A stretch of 64,000 nucleotides of DNA. Source: Paraspadella gotoi. Lineage: Eukaryota; Animalia; Chaetognatha. Position 1 is the first letter of the stretch. Every line of letters begins with the position of its first letter. The stretch covers positions 3,080,026 to 3,144,025 of the forward strand of contig CM119269.1 in NCBI GenBank assembly GCA_051294375.1. The letters are read 5' to 3'. The notes below the pieces were generated by a model. That model was given only the letters and a program-made list of their open reading frames with translations, was not told where the DNA came from and searched no databases. The position numbers were made by a program, and so were the translations under genes. This document shows positions 46,640 to 58,834 of this stretch, piece after piece.

Positions 46640-46864
46640 GGGAATTCCAAACTACGACTACAACCAAGAGACGTGGGGTTCATAACTAAATTAACTATAT
46701 TGTTCGATTTTATTAAAACCATCTGCCGATCGAGTAGATATCATGGTCGATGTATTTTATGAGTTGAATAAAATAGAAAAAAAAAATCGTTAATTAAAAC
46801 GATAAAATTAAAACCTTATCTTCGGTCTAATCTCAAACGTTGTCAGCGTCGACTTTATCAGCTT

Positions 46865-46896
<32 letters not shown>

Positions 46897-47176
46897 CTTT
46901 CCATCGATATATTAATAACCAAAGTCATCGTGACCAATGAACATTGTAGACTTTTTATAGATTTTCTTTTTTTTCCTCTTTAATCCTCGCATCACGTGAC
47001 TACGAGTACAACTTGAATTAAGAAACGAGACATATTCCAATTGAAAACTCTCCTACTTCTCTTCCGAGTCGCAGCTCTTAGATTTTTAAGGAGTCGTCGT
47101 CTTCATTTTTTTCGTTATTAACGTCGTCGTCGTCATCGTTCTTCGACGTCGTCCTCATCGTCGTCCTCAATCTTTT

Positions 47177-47211
<35 letters not shown>

Positions 47212-47729
47212 TTCTTGATCGTTTGTTCTTCGTCAACACGATTAGACTTCCTGGTTTGGAAAAGAGACGAAAAGTCTGGGAAATATTAGGGGAGGGGGTG
47301 AAAATTCATGAGTGGAAGGTGGAGGCGGAGCGAGGAAAGGGCAGAAGATTGTATACGGGGATGGAACATGTGTTAAGAGGAATGAATGGAATTGGAAGAT
47401 CGAAGTATGTGTCCATTTGTGAAGCTGAATTTAGTAATCAGCAAATACGGAAACCTAATGACCAAAATGAACGATGGAAGCGAACGGGAGTCAAGAAAGG
47501 GTTAACAAGAAATTTCTCCCCCCCCCTCTCAAAAAAAAGTGTCTGGTCAGGAGAAAAAAAAGGGAAGGAAGAAAGAAGGAGAAGAGATTAGGAAAGACGA
47601 ATGGAGAAGGAAGAGGAGGGGGAGGAGGAGGAGGAGGAGAAAGGAGGAGCAGTCCGTAACGCAGACCGGATGAGAGACAAGAAAAGGAATCAACAGTTCC
47701 GTTTTACACGGTCCCCCTTTTCTCCCGCG

Positions 47730-47732
<3 letters not shown>

Positions 47733-47803
<71 letters not shown>

Positions 47804-47840
47804 ACACCGCGCGCGCGCGAACGCTCTCTCTCTCTCTCCG
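47733..47840. repeat. (CT)n microsatellite adjoining a short (CG)n tract
   Basis: (CT)n at 47733-47802 followed by cgcgcgcgcgcg at ~47808-47819. Confidence 0.85.
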
Positions 47841-49524
47841 CGCTCGCTCGTATCTCTAAGCAACACCATAGAAAATGGCACCATAGCTATCCGGAGCAGC
47901 GGCCTGGAGGGACCCGCGTCGTCGCCTTGGCAACCGGTCGCGATTTCATTTATTTATTTTCTGTGCTTCGCGCTTCGCTAGTGAGCGAGAGAGATAGAGA
48001 CGTATCATCGGCGTGCCTTTTACCTCACATAAGTGGAATCGGCGCCGTTTGTAATTTCTTCGTTCACGGATTAACGACAACAACGACAACGCGTCGGAGT
48101 CGAATCTCGGGTAACGGATCTAGTTTCTCTCTCACAGCCACGTGAACTCACGGATTTACGAATCGACCTTCGAACGTGAAAACCGACGAGGAAAAATTTT
48201 ATTTTAAACGAACAACAACAACAACAACAAAAACAACAACAACAACAACAACAAGAACAAGCTTATCGGCTGCTCTCTCGCCACGATAATCGGAATGATC
48301 TTCACCAAGCTTTTCAGCAATCACATTTATCGTCTTCACCCAGCTTTTCAGCAATCACATTTATCGTCCTACTTTTCTCGTCGCAAACCTGATTCCATTC
48401 GTCACACCTTAATTCATTCATTTCCCTTTGATTTTCTTTATTCATTGATTATAATTAGGGGACAACAATAACAACAACGAGGAGGCTTCATCCTACGATG
48501 GAAATTCTTAGTCGTTTTTAAAGAAACTTGGCTTTTCTTTTCTTTCTTTTCTCTATATACAACCTTTTGGCCTCCGTTCTTTAGACTTCTGTTTTTGCCC
48601 TTATGTACAATTGTACATATATAAACTTTTTTCCTCCATCTTTTTTCCAAACGCTTACAACTTTCAAAATTTTTTTGGAAAAATATCAATTTCAGATTCG
48701 TAACGTACATTTTTTTAACGTACTATTTTTTTAACGTACTATTTTTATTTTTTCTAATTATTTTTTTTTTACTCTTCTGTGACTTCTTTGACTACTTTTT
48801 AACACTCTGTCACACACTTCTTTAATCTAATTAATGTGACTTATCTTTAAACTTTATTTATTACTGAAATTGTGAATAGATTTGTCCCTTTTTGCCTCTT
48901 GACGTTTTGGTTAACGAGAGCAATGAAGTGCGAGAGGAGATTGCAAAAATGTACAAAATGGAAGGAGGGTGTATGGGGAAAGGCAGTTGGATGAGTAGTT
49001 GGATGGGAAGCGTAGTAACTAGTAAATTGTGTGACGGTGAGGTGGAAGGAGAAAATAAAGGCTATGGGCAAAAGTGAACGATTCAGAGATTCAATGAGAA
49101 AACAAAGAGGACGACAGGTGAATTGAAGAGGAGGAGATGGTTAAGTCATGGGATATTTAAAATGGTATCCCACGCCTTCACGAGCCATTTAACCACTCCG
49201 ATTCCAACAACAACGATAAACAAAACAAAAAAAGGAAATCTGTCCGGAATCCCAAGTGACCGAAAGCTTTAAATGCGTTTAAATCATTCGATTTAAGCCT
49301 CATCATCGCTTTTCCCGCTTCATATTTTTTTTTGTTTACGTTTTTCTGGATTTGGATAAGCATTAGTTTTACTGAAACGCGCCCGAACGCGTAACCTAAA
49401 ATGTTGTACTTGTGACGTTACAAAGAAGCCCGGTAAAGGAGAGTTCTATTTTTGTTTTCCGTTTCGAATTTGTTATAAAAAAAATTCTCCCCTTTCTCTT
49501 TGTTGCGAGATCTATGATCATCGC

Positions 49525-49557
<33 letters not shown>

Positions 49558-49581
49558 NNNNNNNNNNNNNNNNNNNNNNNN

Positions 49582-50185
49582 NGTTGCTTTTTCTTGCTCT
49601 TGAGTTTATGGGAATTAGGGAAGCCATCGGTATTACAAAAAATGTTCTATATCACCTAATCGACAAGACACATTTTTTTGTCAGTTAATTTTAAACGTTA
49701 TTTCATGTCTTTGTTAATATATAGCACCGAAGCTAGTTTTTGCGGTTCAACGAAATTGGTACTTTTCCTTAGGGTTAATATACAAATTGTATTTGGGACC
49801 GAGTCAAGCACTCGATGAAAAACGATTCTCCTTTATCGTTTTGCTTTTTCGGCAAAGGGAACGCAGGGATCGAGGAGGGTGAGTCTGAGAGAAGCAGAAG
49901 AGAGACGACGAGAGTAGAGAGAGAAAGAGAGAGAAGATAGACGAGAGAGACGAGAGCAGACCCCTCCCTCGATCCTGCGTTTCTCCTTTTGCCGAAAAAG
50001 CAAAACCATAAAGAGATCGTTTTTCAATCGCCAAATTCGTTGAACCTAGCTTCGATGTATATATTAACAAACATGAAATAACGTTATAATTAACTGACAA
50101 AAAAAATGTTCTTTCGATTAGGTGATATAGAACATTTTGTAATCCGATGGCTTCCTAATTCCCAATAAACTCAAACAAAAAAAAA
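49582..50185. repeat. ~600-bp imperfect palindrome between two N gaps
   Basis: ~49600-49870 is the indel-rich reverse complement of ~49960-50175, around a noisy GA-rich centre. Confidence 0.85.
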
Positions 50186-50899
50186 NNNNNNNNNNNNNNN
50201 NNNNNNNNNNNNNNNNNNNNNNNNNNNNNNNNNNNNNNNNNNNNNNNNNNNNNNNNNNNNNNNNNNNCTGCAACGAAACCGTATGCAAAATATCAAACGT
50301 CTTCCCGCTTTTGCTTTTCTTCTTTTTTTAATTTTCACGCAAAATTGTGTTTGTTTACAAACGGAACCACGTTTTTGCTCACGCCCCGCGTATGAAAAAC
50401 ATATATGCATATCGCCGCCAAATTAACTTTTTGCCGCTAAAACTTTCGCCGATTCTTTGTTTTTGTTTTCGAACGAACGTCGTAAGCATATCACGGATTT
50501 TAAAAACTCATCGAAATTTTCGCTTCTTTTATTGATAAAATTGTTTGCTTTGGCTTCGATCGACTAAATTATTTTTTTTTGTCCGACGTGAAAAAAAAAC
50601 AAAAAAAACCTCAATTATCTTCGCCATAATTTTGGATTAGCCTCTACGCCCACCCGACTGCCGCGTCGCGCGATTTTTGCCATTTTCTCTCGAATCGAAA
50701 GAGCGACTCTTGCGCCATCACTCGGATTTTCTATCCTCATACCCGACGGAGAATGTTTCGCATTCGGATCTATAAAATAACGACGACGACAACTCCGGCG
50801 TTATCGCCGACGCCGTTCCTCGCCAAAGATCGTCGTCTCGACAAAAACAAAAAAGAATCTACATAATTCTATCTACGTATGTTGTAACTTTTAGTCGCC

Positions 50900-51152
50900 A
50901 TGGCGACAGCAGCTTCCACGCCGCCGGTCGCCACGGCGTCGCCGGCCGGAAACGGAGGCGCGCCGCCGGAAAAAACCGATCGCGACGGAACCGTCGCCGG
51001 AAAGAAGAATTTTTGTGACGGAAAATCGAAAGACTCGAATCGGATTAAATCGACGACGACGACGATGATGACGACGACGACGTCGATGACGACGATGACG
51101 ACGACGACGACGACATCATCGTCGTCGTCGAAACAAAAATCCTCGACCAACG
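50900..51152 (+). CDS. Possible first coding exon of an unidentified gene, truncated by gap
   Basis: gtcgccATGg start context and GC-rich open frame MATAASTPPVATASPAGNGGAPPEK... running into Ns. Confidence 0.35.
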
Positions 51153-52406
51153 NNNNNNNNNNNNNNNNNNNNNNNNNNNNNNNNNNNNNNNNNNNNNNNN
51201 NNNNNNNNNNNNNNNNNNNNNNNNNNNNNNNNNNNNNNNNNNNNNNNNNNNNNNNNNNNNNNNNNNNNNNNNNNNNNNNNNNNNNNNNNNNNNNNNNNNN
51301 NNNNNNNNNNNNNNNNNNNNNNNNNNNNNNNNNNNNNNNNNNNNNNNNNNNNNNNNNNNNNNNNNNNCTCTCTCTCTCTCTCTTACTTATTTAATATGCA
51401 TCACATATATTCTTCACTTTTACAAAAAAGAAGTTGAAAAATAATAATAATTTTCGTTGCTCAATACTTTGTAAAAAATTTATTTATGAAGATTGCAAAA
51501 TTACTTGTTTAACTATTTTAATTCTTAGATTTTCTAATATTTATTAAAATTATATATTACAAATTCTATATTTTTTATTTTTNNNNNNNNNNNNNNNNNN
51601 NNNNNNNNNNNNNNNNNNNNNNNNNNNNNNNNNNNNNNNNNNNNNNNNNNNNNNNNNNNNNNNNNNNNNNNNNNNNNNNNNNNNNNNNNNNNNNNNNNNN
51701 NNNNNNNNNNNNNNNNNNNNNNNNNNNNNNNNNNNNNNNNNNNNNNNNNNNNNNNNNNNNNNNNNNNNNNNNNNNNNNNNNNNNNNNNNNNNNNNNNNNN
51801 NNNNNNNNNCTAAATCTGAAAATATTATATTATTAATGGGAGAGTAGTTAGTAGTTAGTAGTTATTATTCCTGAATTTTCCGAAGATAGCTCTTGTAAAT
51901 GGCTAAAAACCAAAACCATAGGCAATAAAAATCCTCCGAATGGAAACGAGANNNNNNNNNNNNNNNNNNNNNNNNNNNNNNNNNNNNNNNNNNNNNNNNN
52001 NNNNNNNNNNNNNNNNNNNNNNNNNNNNNNNNNNNNNNNNNNNNNNNNNNNNNNNNNNNNNNNNNNNNNNNNNNNNNNNNNNNNNNNNNNNNNNNNNNNN
52101 NNNNNNNNNNNNNNNNNNNNNNNNNNNNNNNNNNNNNNNNNNNNNNNNNNNNNNNNNNNNNNNNNNNNNNNNNNNNNNNNNNNNNGAGAGGGAAATGAAA
52201 GAGACATAGAACTTGTTGCGTGGCGTTTAGTCCATTAAGGGTTTTTCTTTTTTACTTCAATTTTCTCTCCTTCTTCGATCCGCACGCAAGCAAAGCTTGC
52301 AAAATGAAAAAAACGTTGGGGCGGGGGAGCTGGGTTAAATGAAGGCAAAGGGAGACTGATAAAGAAGAAAAGGCGGCACATCGTCTATCCCCTCGACGTT
52401 GACGGG

Positions 52407-52482
<76 letters not shown>

Positions 52483-52576
52483 CAGAATAGAGAGCAGAGC
52501 GGAAAGGCGGGCCACGTTGTGTGCTGCGTGAAGGGCTGTCGTCGTCGTCTCTCGTCGTCGTCGTCGTCGTCGTCGT

Positions 52577-52610
<34 letters not shown>

Positions 52611-54257
52611 GGGGAAACGAGTGTTTTTCAATTTGGGGAAACAGCAACACGTAGTTGGAATCGCGTGGCTCGTGGAAAAGAGGCGGGGCCTGTGCTTGGG
52701 GGGGGGGGGGAAGGCGTGATGGAACCGGCATGGGAAAGGTTGCGGTTGGCATCTCGCCGGGGAGACTATGTCTGAAAGTGGGGAGAATGGCGTAGTTTGC
52801 TATGGGGAGAGGGGAGTGAGGGAAAAGAGGAGAGGAAAAAAGAAAGGTGGAGGAATATTTATATATCTATATATATTATTATGTATTAATATATTTATAA
52901 TTGAATAGAGAGAAGAAACGAGCTTTGTGTGGATGATGAAAAGTGTGGAGTTAAAAAAATACAGAAAATTATTCTAATCAAATTGTCTATTTTACTAATT
53001 CGGTCTTCGTTGTCTTCGTCGTCTTCATCGTCTGGGTTTTCAACTTTTAATTCTTTACCTTTATTGTTACTTTTTCTTTGGGTTAATAATAGTTATTTTT
53101 TGGTTCAAGTTAAAAGGCTAATTTAATGAAATAAAAATACGCTATCAAGATTCATTTTACCCTAAATACATGTTGCTGGCTATTATTCACGTGTAGTGCA
53201 ATGATAAAATTAAATTCAAAATAAAAACCAATTTAAAAAGAATTCTTCACACCGCCGTCGACCTCGCTTGTTTATCATTTTAATCAAAGTTAAAATCTTT
53301 TTTGGCGTTCACAATTCGTTTGCTCCCGCCCCATGACTCATCCATCTGCCTCCTCCTCCTCCTCCTCCCCTTGAGGATCATCGTTGACATGCGTTGCATC
53401 TTCTTGCCCTCCTCCTCCTCCTCCTCCTCCTCATCCTCATCCTTCACGTGAAAGAGGCGCTCGCCCTTCGAATGCCTTCACATATAAACCTTTTTTAGCC
53501 TCTTCACTTCGGAGGAGAATCGCTTCCTAATCGATGACAATTAATAATATTGATCATCCTCAAAGGAAAATAATTTAAAAGGTGATTTGGCAAAAAAATA
53601 GAACAAACTGAAGCTAGAATTGTAGTGAATTAATAAATAAATTAATTAAAGGGCAAAAAGGGAGAGTCAAAACGAAATTGATGGATCATTCGACGAGACG
53701 GTCGCCTTGAGATAAAAAAAAACAAAAAAAAACAAACAAATGAGCAGCGATACGGGAATGAAATTAAATGACTCACATATTTCCGCTGGAGTGACTGAGG
53801 AATAATTATTAATTAAATTATCCCCCCCCTTCCGCCTCACGTTCCTCCTCAGTTTTATGCTAAGCCCCTGCTGACGAGATTTCGTCTGGTCAGTTGGTCA
53901 GTTGGCCATTTGAGCAGTCTGTCCTTTAAAAAAGATAAATTGGGGAAATTTGGAAAAAAATGAATAAATATTTAATGACTAGCGATTCGCACTGCTGGTA
54001 GTGTTTTCTTAAAAAATATAGTCATTGATAAAAGGGTCTTCAGTCGATTATCATCAGGGGTTTTATTAATATTTTAGTAGCTTGGTTGGTTAAATCTAAC
54101 AGTTGTCTCTTGAAATTATAACAAGAATTTTTAAAGAGGGCTTTATGCGTATTAAAATCTGATGACGTTGATTCGGCCACTGTATCAAATGTCCCAACAA
54201 GAGACTCGGGCTAAAAATTAAATGTTTTTTTTTATTTTCAATAATCACAAAAATAAG

Positions 54258-54305
<48 letters not shown>

Positions 54306-55397
54306 AATGAGAGAGAGAGAGAGAGAGAGAGACGGGGGAATAATCCGCCCGCAGACTCGAATCTGACTTGAACGCATTTTCGTCGCGAATTTTCCTCTGA
54401 CTGCGAATAGGAAAGAGGGGTGGGGAAAGAGGAAAACCCAACTTATAATTACGAAAAATCCAAATATCTAATTATTTCTTTTACCACACTTTTACCACAG
54501 TCATAAAGCCGCAATGGTATCCTCAGGCCAAATGATGATCATTCACACTCATCAAAAGAAAAAAATAAATTTCACGGATGCGAAAAAAGAAAAGAATTTT
54601 GAAGCCTGGGCGTGAAAGGTTGGAGAGAGAATGTCACAACCCAGGGAGAGACTTCACGAGATGGTCACAATTGACTTTCTCCGACTTCGGTCATCATCAA
54701 CTCGTTGATCCTTACATTTTTCTCGTCTGTTTCTTTGTCATTGTTGACTTCTGATTTCCTTTGGTCCCCTTCTAATTATTATTTGTTTGTTTTTTTTATT
54801 TATTTACTTATTGTGATGGTTATTTTATCAATCTTTGGCAATTGTCTTTTCCTCATTTGGACAATCAATCAATTGTTATTGTTTCTAAAGTTTCATTATT
54901 TTATCTTTATTTTATTTCATCTTTTGGTTACTCAATTTGCCTTCACAAACATCATACATCGTAATGATTACATTTCGGATCACTTAACACTTCAATTTTT
55001 TAATCTCCGACAACTTCTCATCCCCCCAGTGAGTGGTCAACCTCCAGGTGCCAGCCCCCTTCCTCCCTTCCTCTGTTTAATCTTTTCCGATCTTCTCTAC
55101 GCATTATTTATTTCAAACTCAAATTGTTGTCCGCTCTCCAAATTTTCTTCTTTTCTCTTTCGGATTTATAATTTTTCTGTCCAAAAAAATAAATGACTGC
55201 AAGGAATACGTTTCCTCCTTTTAAATAATTTCTACTTTTTTGACATCCAAACTTGACGAATTAAATATAGTAAATTTACCATTCAGTTGGGTTAATATTC
55301 CCATTTAAAAATGCAATTAAGTTAATTTTCCCGAGGACCGAATACAAAAATTAATAAAATAAAATAAACACAACCGAAAAAAAAACAAAAACTAACT

Positions 55398-56734
55398 ATG
55401 GAGATGACGCTGCAGACGACGACGCAACCGTCAGCCCCGCCGGCGTCCTTCGGTCCGCCGCCGGCGTCCTTCGGTCNNNNNNNNNNNNCCTTCGGTCCTT
55501 CAAATCCGCCAATTTCGCCGCCGCCGAATTACGAGCCGGCGTTTCCTCCGCCGTACGAATCGATCGCAGGTGACGATGACTTGGACGATTCTCCCAATCA
55601 CGCCACAACCTGTGTCTTTTGTTTTCCCAGAAATTGACGACAGAGGTCCTCCTCTCCCGAGCGCCGCCGAAGTTCCCAGACGTGAGACAGGTTGTTTGAC
55701 GGGAGACAAAGTTTAGAATTAAAGCCATTCATGTGTAGTATGTACAATTGTACTTTGTACATCGACTTTTAAAAGATATATATATTTCGTTGGCAGTTTA
55801 TCCGATTCCTGCTCCGCTTACACAGTCCTTCGTTGAACGAGAAGGTGGGAAATAAATAATTAAATTTAGATTATATAAAAAAGTAAATCGAACGAACAAA
55901 AAAAAACTGAGGGTAACATTGTTAAAATGTAACAAAAAAAATCGAACGAACGGCCACGAACAAACAAACTCCCCCACCTGCCCGTCAGACGACGACGACG
56001 ACTTCACCGACGACGACATCGACGAGACGCCGGTCCGATTCCGAGAGGCGCGACGAACGACTCGACCCGACGCCTTCGACGAGCGTCTCTCCCGCGACCT
56101 CGCCAACGCCGTCACCGAACGCGCCCAGCGCAGCCGCAGTACCTCTGCTTTGGGTGAGGCGGAGATCGTCGTCGTCGTCGTCGTTCAATTGTTTCCAAGA
56201 CACTGGGCGTTGTCTTTGTCTCTTTTGTTGTCAAGTTTTTAGTAATCGTTTGTATTTATTTCCCGCTTTTGCGTTTTTGTCGCTCTTTCTCTGACGCCGT
56301 TGTGGTATTAAATTTCGATATCCTTTTTGTTTCGTTCGACGTTCTAGACGTTATAGTTTGTTTTTTTTATCAAAGATGTTTCGTCTCCCGTAGATTTGCA
56401 GTCGGATCAGGACAATAATCCGTCACCCGGACGCGCCGCCTCCTCTCGGCGTCCTCAAAACGACGCCTCCTCCTCGTCCACCCTCCTGACCATGAAACGC
56501 CTCGTCGTCGCCCTCCTCGTCCTCGTCGTCGTCGTCGCCGTCGTCCTCTCGATCGTCCTCAACGTGGAACCAACGCGGACGCGCTTCGCCGAGGGTCTCG
56601 CGAGATACTTTATGCTTCCGGTCATCACTATCATCGAGTATTACCAAAGATTATCCGGGGGTGGAATCGGGGGCCTTAACGACACAATGTCGACCAATTC
56701 CACTAATAATACGACCGCATCGACGCCCCTTTGA
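55398..56734 (+). CDS. Proline-rich PPxY-motif membrane protein (type II-like), 5 exons; small N gap in exon 1
   Basis: Exons ~55398-55569, 55631-55681, 55797-55844, 55989-56153 and 56394-56734 join in phase 1; PPPNY and PPPY near the N-terminus; TM LVVALLVLVVVVAVVLSIVL; C-terminal NDT/NST/NNT sequons. Confidence 0.72.
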
Positions 56735-58834
56735 TGACGACGCCTCTCCGAGAAAAGATTTTGTGGTCAATGGCAAAAATCGTCGTCTTCGATAAATATT
56801 TTTAAAAATAAATGGAACGAAAAAAATACGTTTATATCGAGAAAAGATACTTCTATTTTATTTATATGCGCTCCCTAATTTTGTTTTAAACGTTTAATAC
56901 TTGTTCAATTTCGCAATGATATTAAAAAAAAAAAGAAATGAAGAAAAATCATTGTCCTCGGAAATTTATATTCAATTTTTGATGGAAATAAAATATTGCG
57001 TTTTAAAGAGCCAGATAAAACACAACAACTTACTTAAAATACAATGTCGGTTTTGAGAGTCAATATGGGTGGGAAGCTTCTATATCTGATTGATGAGCAT
57101 GTATATTTTTTGTTGCGCACGAAATGTCACGCCTTTCAAGTTGAAAAAATATTTAATACTTATAAAAGCGTATATATAGCCAAGAGATCTCTCGCAAAGC
57201 CATTCTATTTTCATCTTCGATTCATTTAAAATTTAAATCACAGGTACGTAAATCAAATCTTAATAGCTTGGTCAATATTTCGTCGCGTTCATAGTACTTT
57301 TAGTTCATTATCGACACTTGGTCACTCGATTTTTCACAATTAAAATTCAAGCATTAGCCAATAGCCAATAGCCAACTAACATTCGTTTTTTAGCTTGCCA
57401 TGAAGCGTTACGTGGTCGGTATTCTGATCGTGCTTTGCTTTGTTGAACCACTTACGGCGATTTGGACCAGACCAGGTTCTATTTTTTTGAATAAATGCTG
57501 GATGACTTACCAAATATGCATGAGACCTTTTGCGTCGCCGAATAAGCTGTCCTGTCCGCAACAATGCGCGTGAGTCGATGAAGGAAGGAAGCTGGTCAAT
57601 CGCGATGCTAAAATGATATATTTTTAGGTGCCGAGGATACCACTTGGCTAAATGTTTACGGGGACCGGGACCTTGCAACCATCACGCGAGTCCTTTCTCT
57701 TGCTTATGCTTTTGGCCAAACTTTATTTCTGCTTTGCCCGCTTGGTGCCTCCCGAAATATTAATTAAAAAAACATTTTTCGACAATGAACGGTCAACAAG
57801 CTTTTTTTTTTCTCTCTCGGAAGTAACTTAATTTTAAGAAATAAAGCAATTACTAATTTACTATTGTTGTGAAGTGCCTCTCGGTAGAGGTTGCGGCAGA
57901 ATTGGCTGTTGCATCTCTGTCTTTTTTCTTATTTCTTCTGTAAATGAACCAAGATTTAAAATAAAAAAAATATCGTATAAAATCTTTTAATATTATTTCT
58001 CCTAACGAAATAAAGGCAACATATTTTAATTAGTTTTTTTCCTTCCTTCGTTAAATTCGCCAATCATCAATGTAGGGCAATGTTGCTAAATTAAGAAAGT
58101 ACAGAAGAACCGACGTTTGTCCCGTGATTGCTTGAAGCGTGAAGCATCACAACAACTGGTTTTAATGGCGACGGAACTCGAGTGGCTGAAAAGCAGGGAG
58201 CTCCGGGATATTAAATATTAAATATTAAATTATTAATATAAACTGGGTTTTTGGGGTACTTTTCCTTAGTTAATTATACAATTGATTTGATCAACGACTT
58301 AACCATAAAAAAATCGGGCAGATTTTACCGCTTTAAACTTTAAATTAAAGTTCAAATATTTAACAGATATACAGGCCAGAGCCATTGAACCATGTCCTCG
58401 GTCTTGGCTGTCTTTTGTTTTTATTTGAAAAACCCGCAAGATAACAGTTCACGCCAAACCTCAAAAGAACAAAATACATGTCGAGGTTTGTTTACTTGTA
58501 GATGATCTCGGCTGAGAAGCAGGACGAAGGTTAAATGGCTCTATGAATATTGATCAATAACAAACTTAAATGATAGTTATTGGATAGCATAGACTATCTC
58601 AACGACTTCCTAAATAATTATTTAGACTCAAAACATGATTCCAAACCGGAACTCGGCACGGTTTTACTTTCCCTCGTCGTCGTAAAGTTATACAAATTCT
58701 GCTGGTTAAATTGCGACTCCACTATTTTTCTTTCGGCAGCCAATATTGTAAATATATCTGCTTTAAAAAAAAACAACGATCGACTGGAAAGACTTCAATG
58801 ACATTGATTTTAATAACTAAAAAGCTAAACAAAA

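Noticed and set aside
48300-48368. 34-bp tandem duplication
   Set aside because: Only two copies with no structure; an ordinary local duplication.
53180-53780. AP-1 (TGACTCA) and E-box motifs as an enhancer
   Set aside because: Short motifs expected by chance; no supporting evidence from sequence alone.
54705-55196. 163-aa hydrophobic ORF
   Set aside because: T-rich low-complexity DNA with composition unlike the real exons here.
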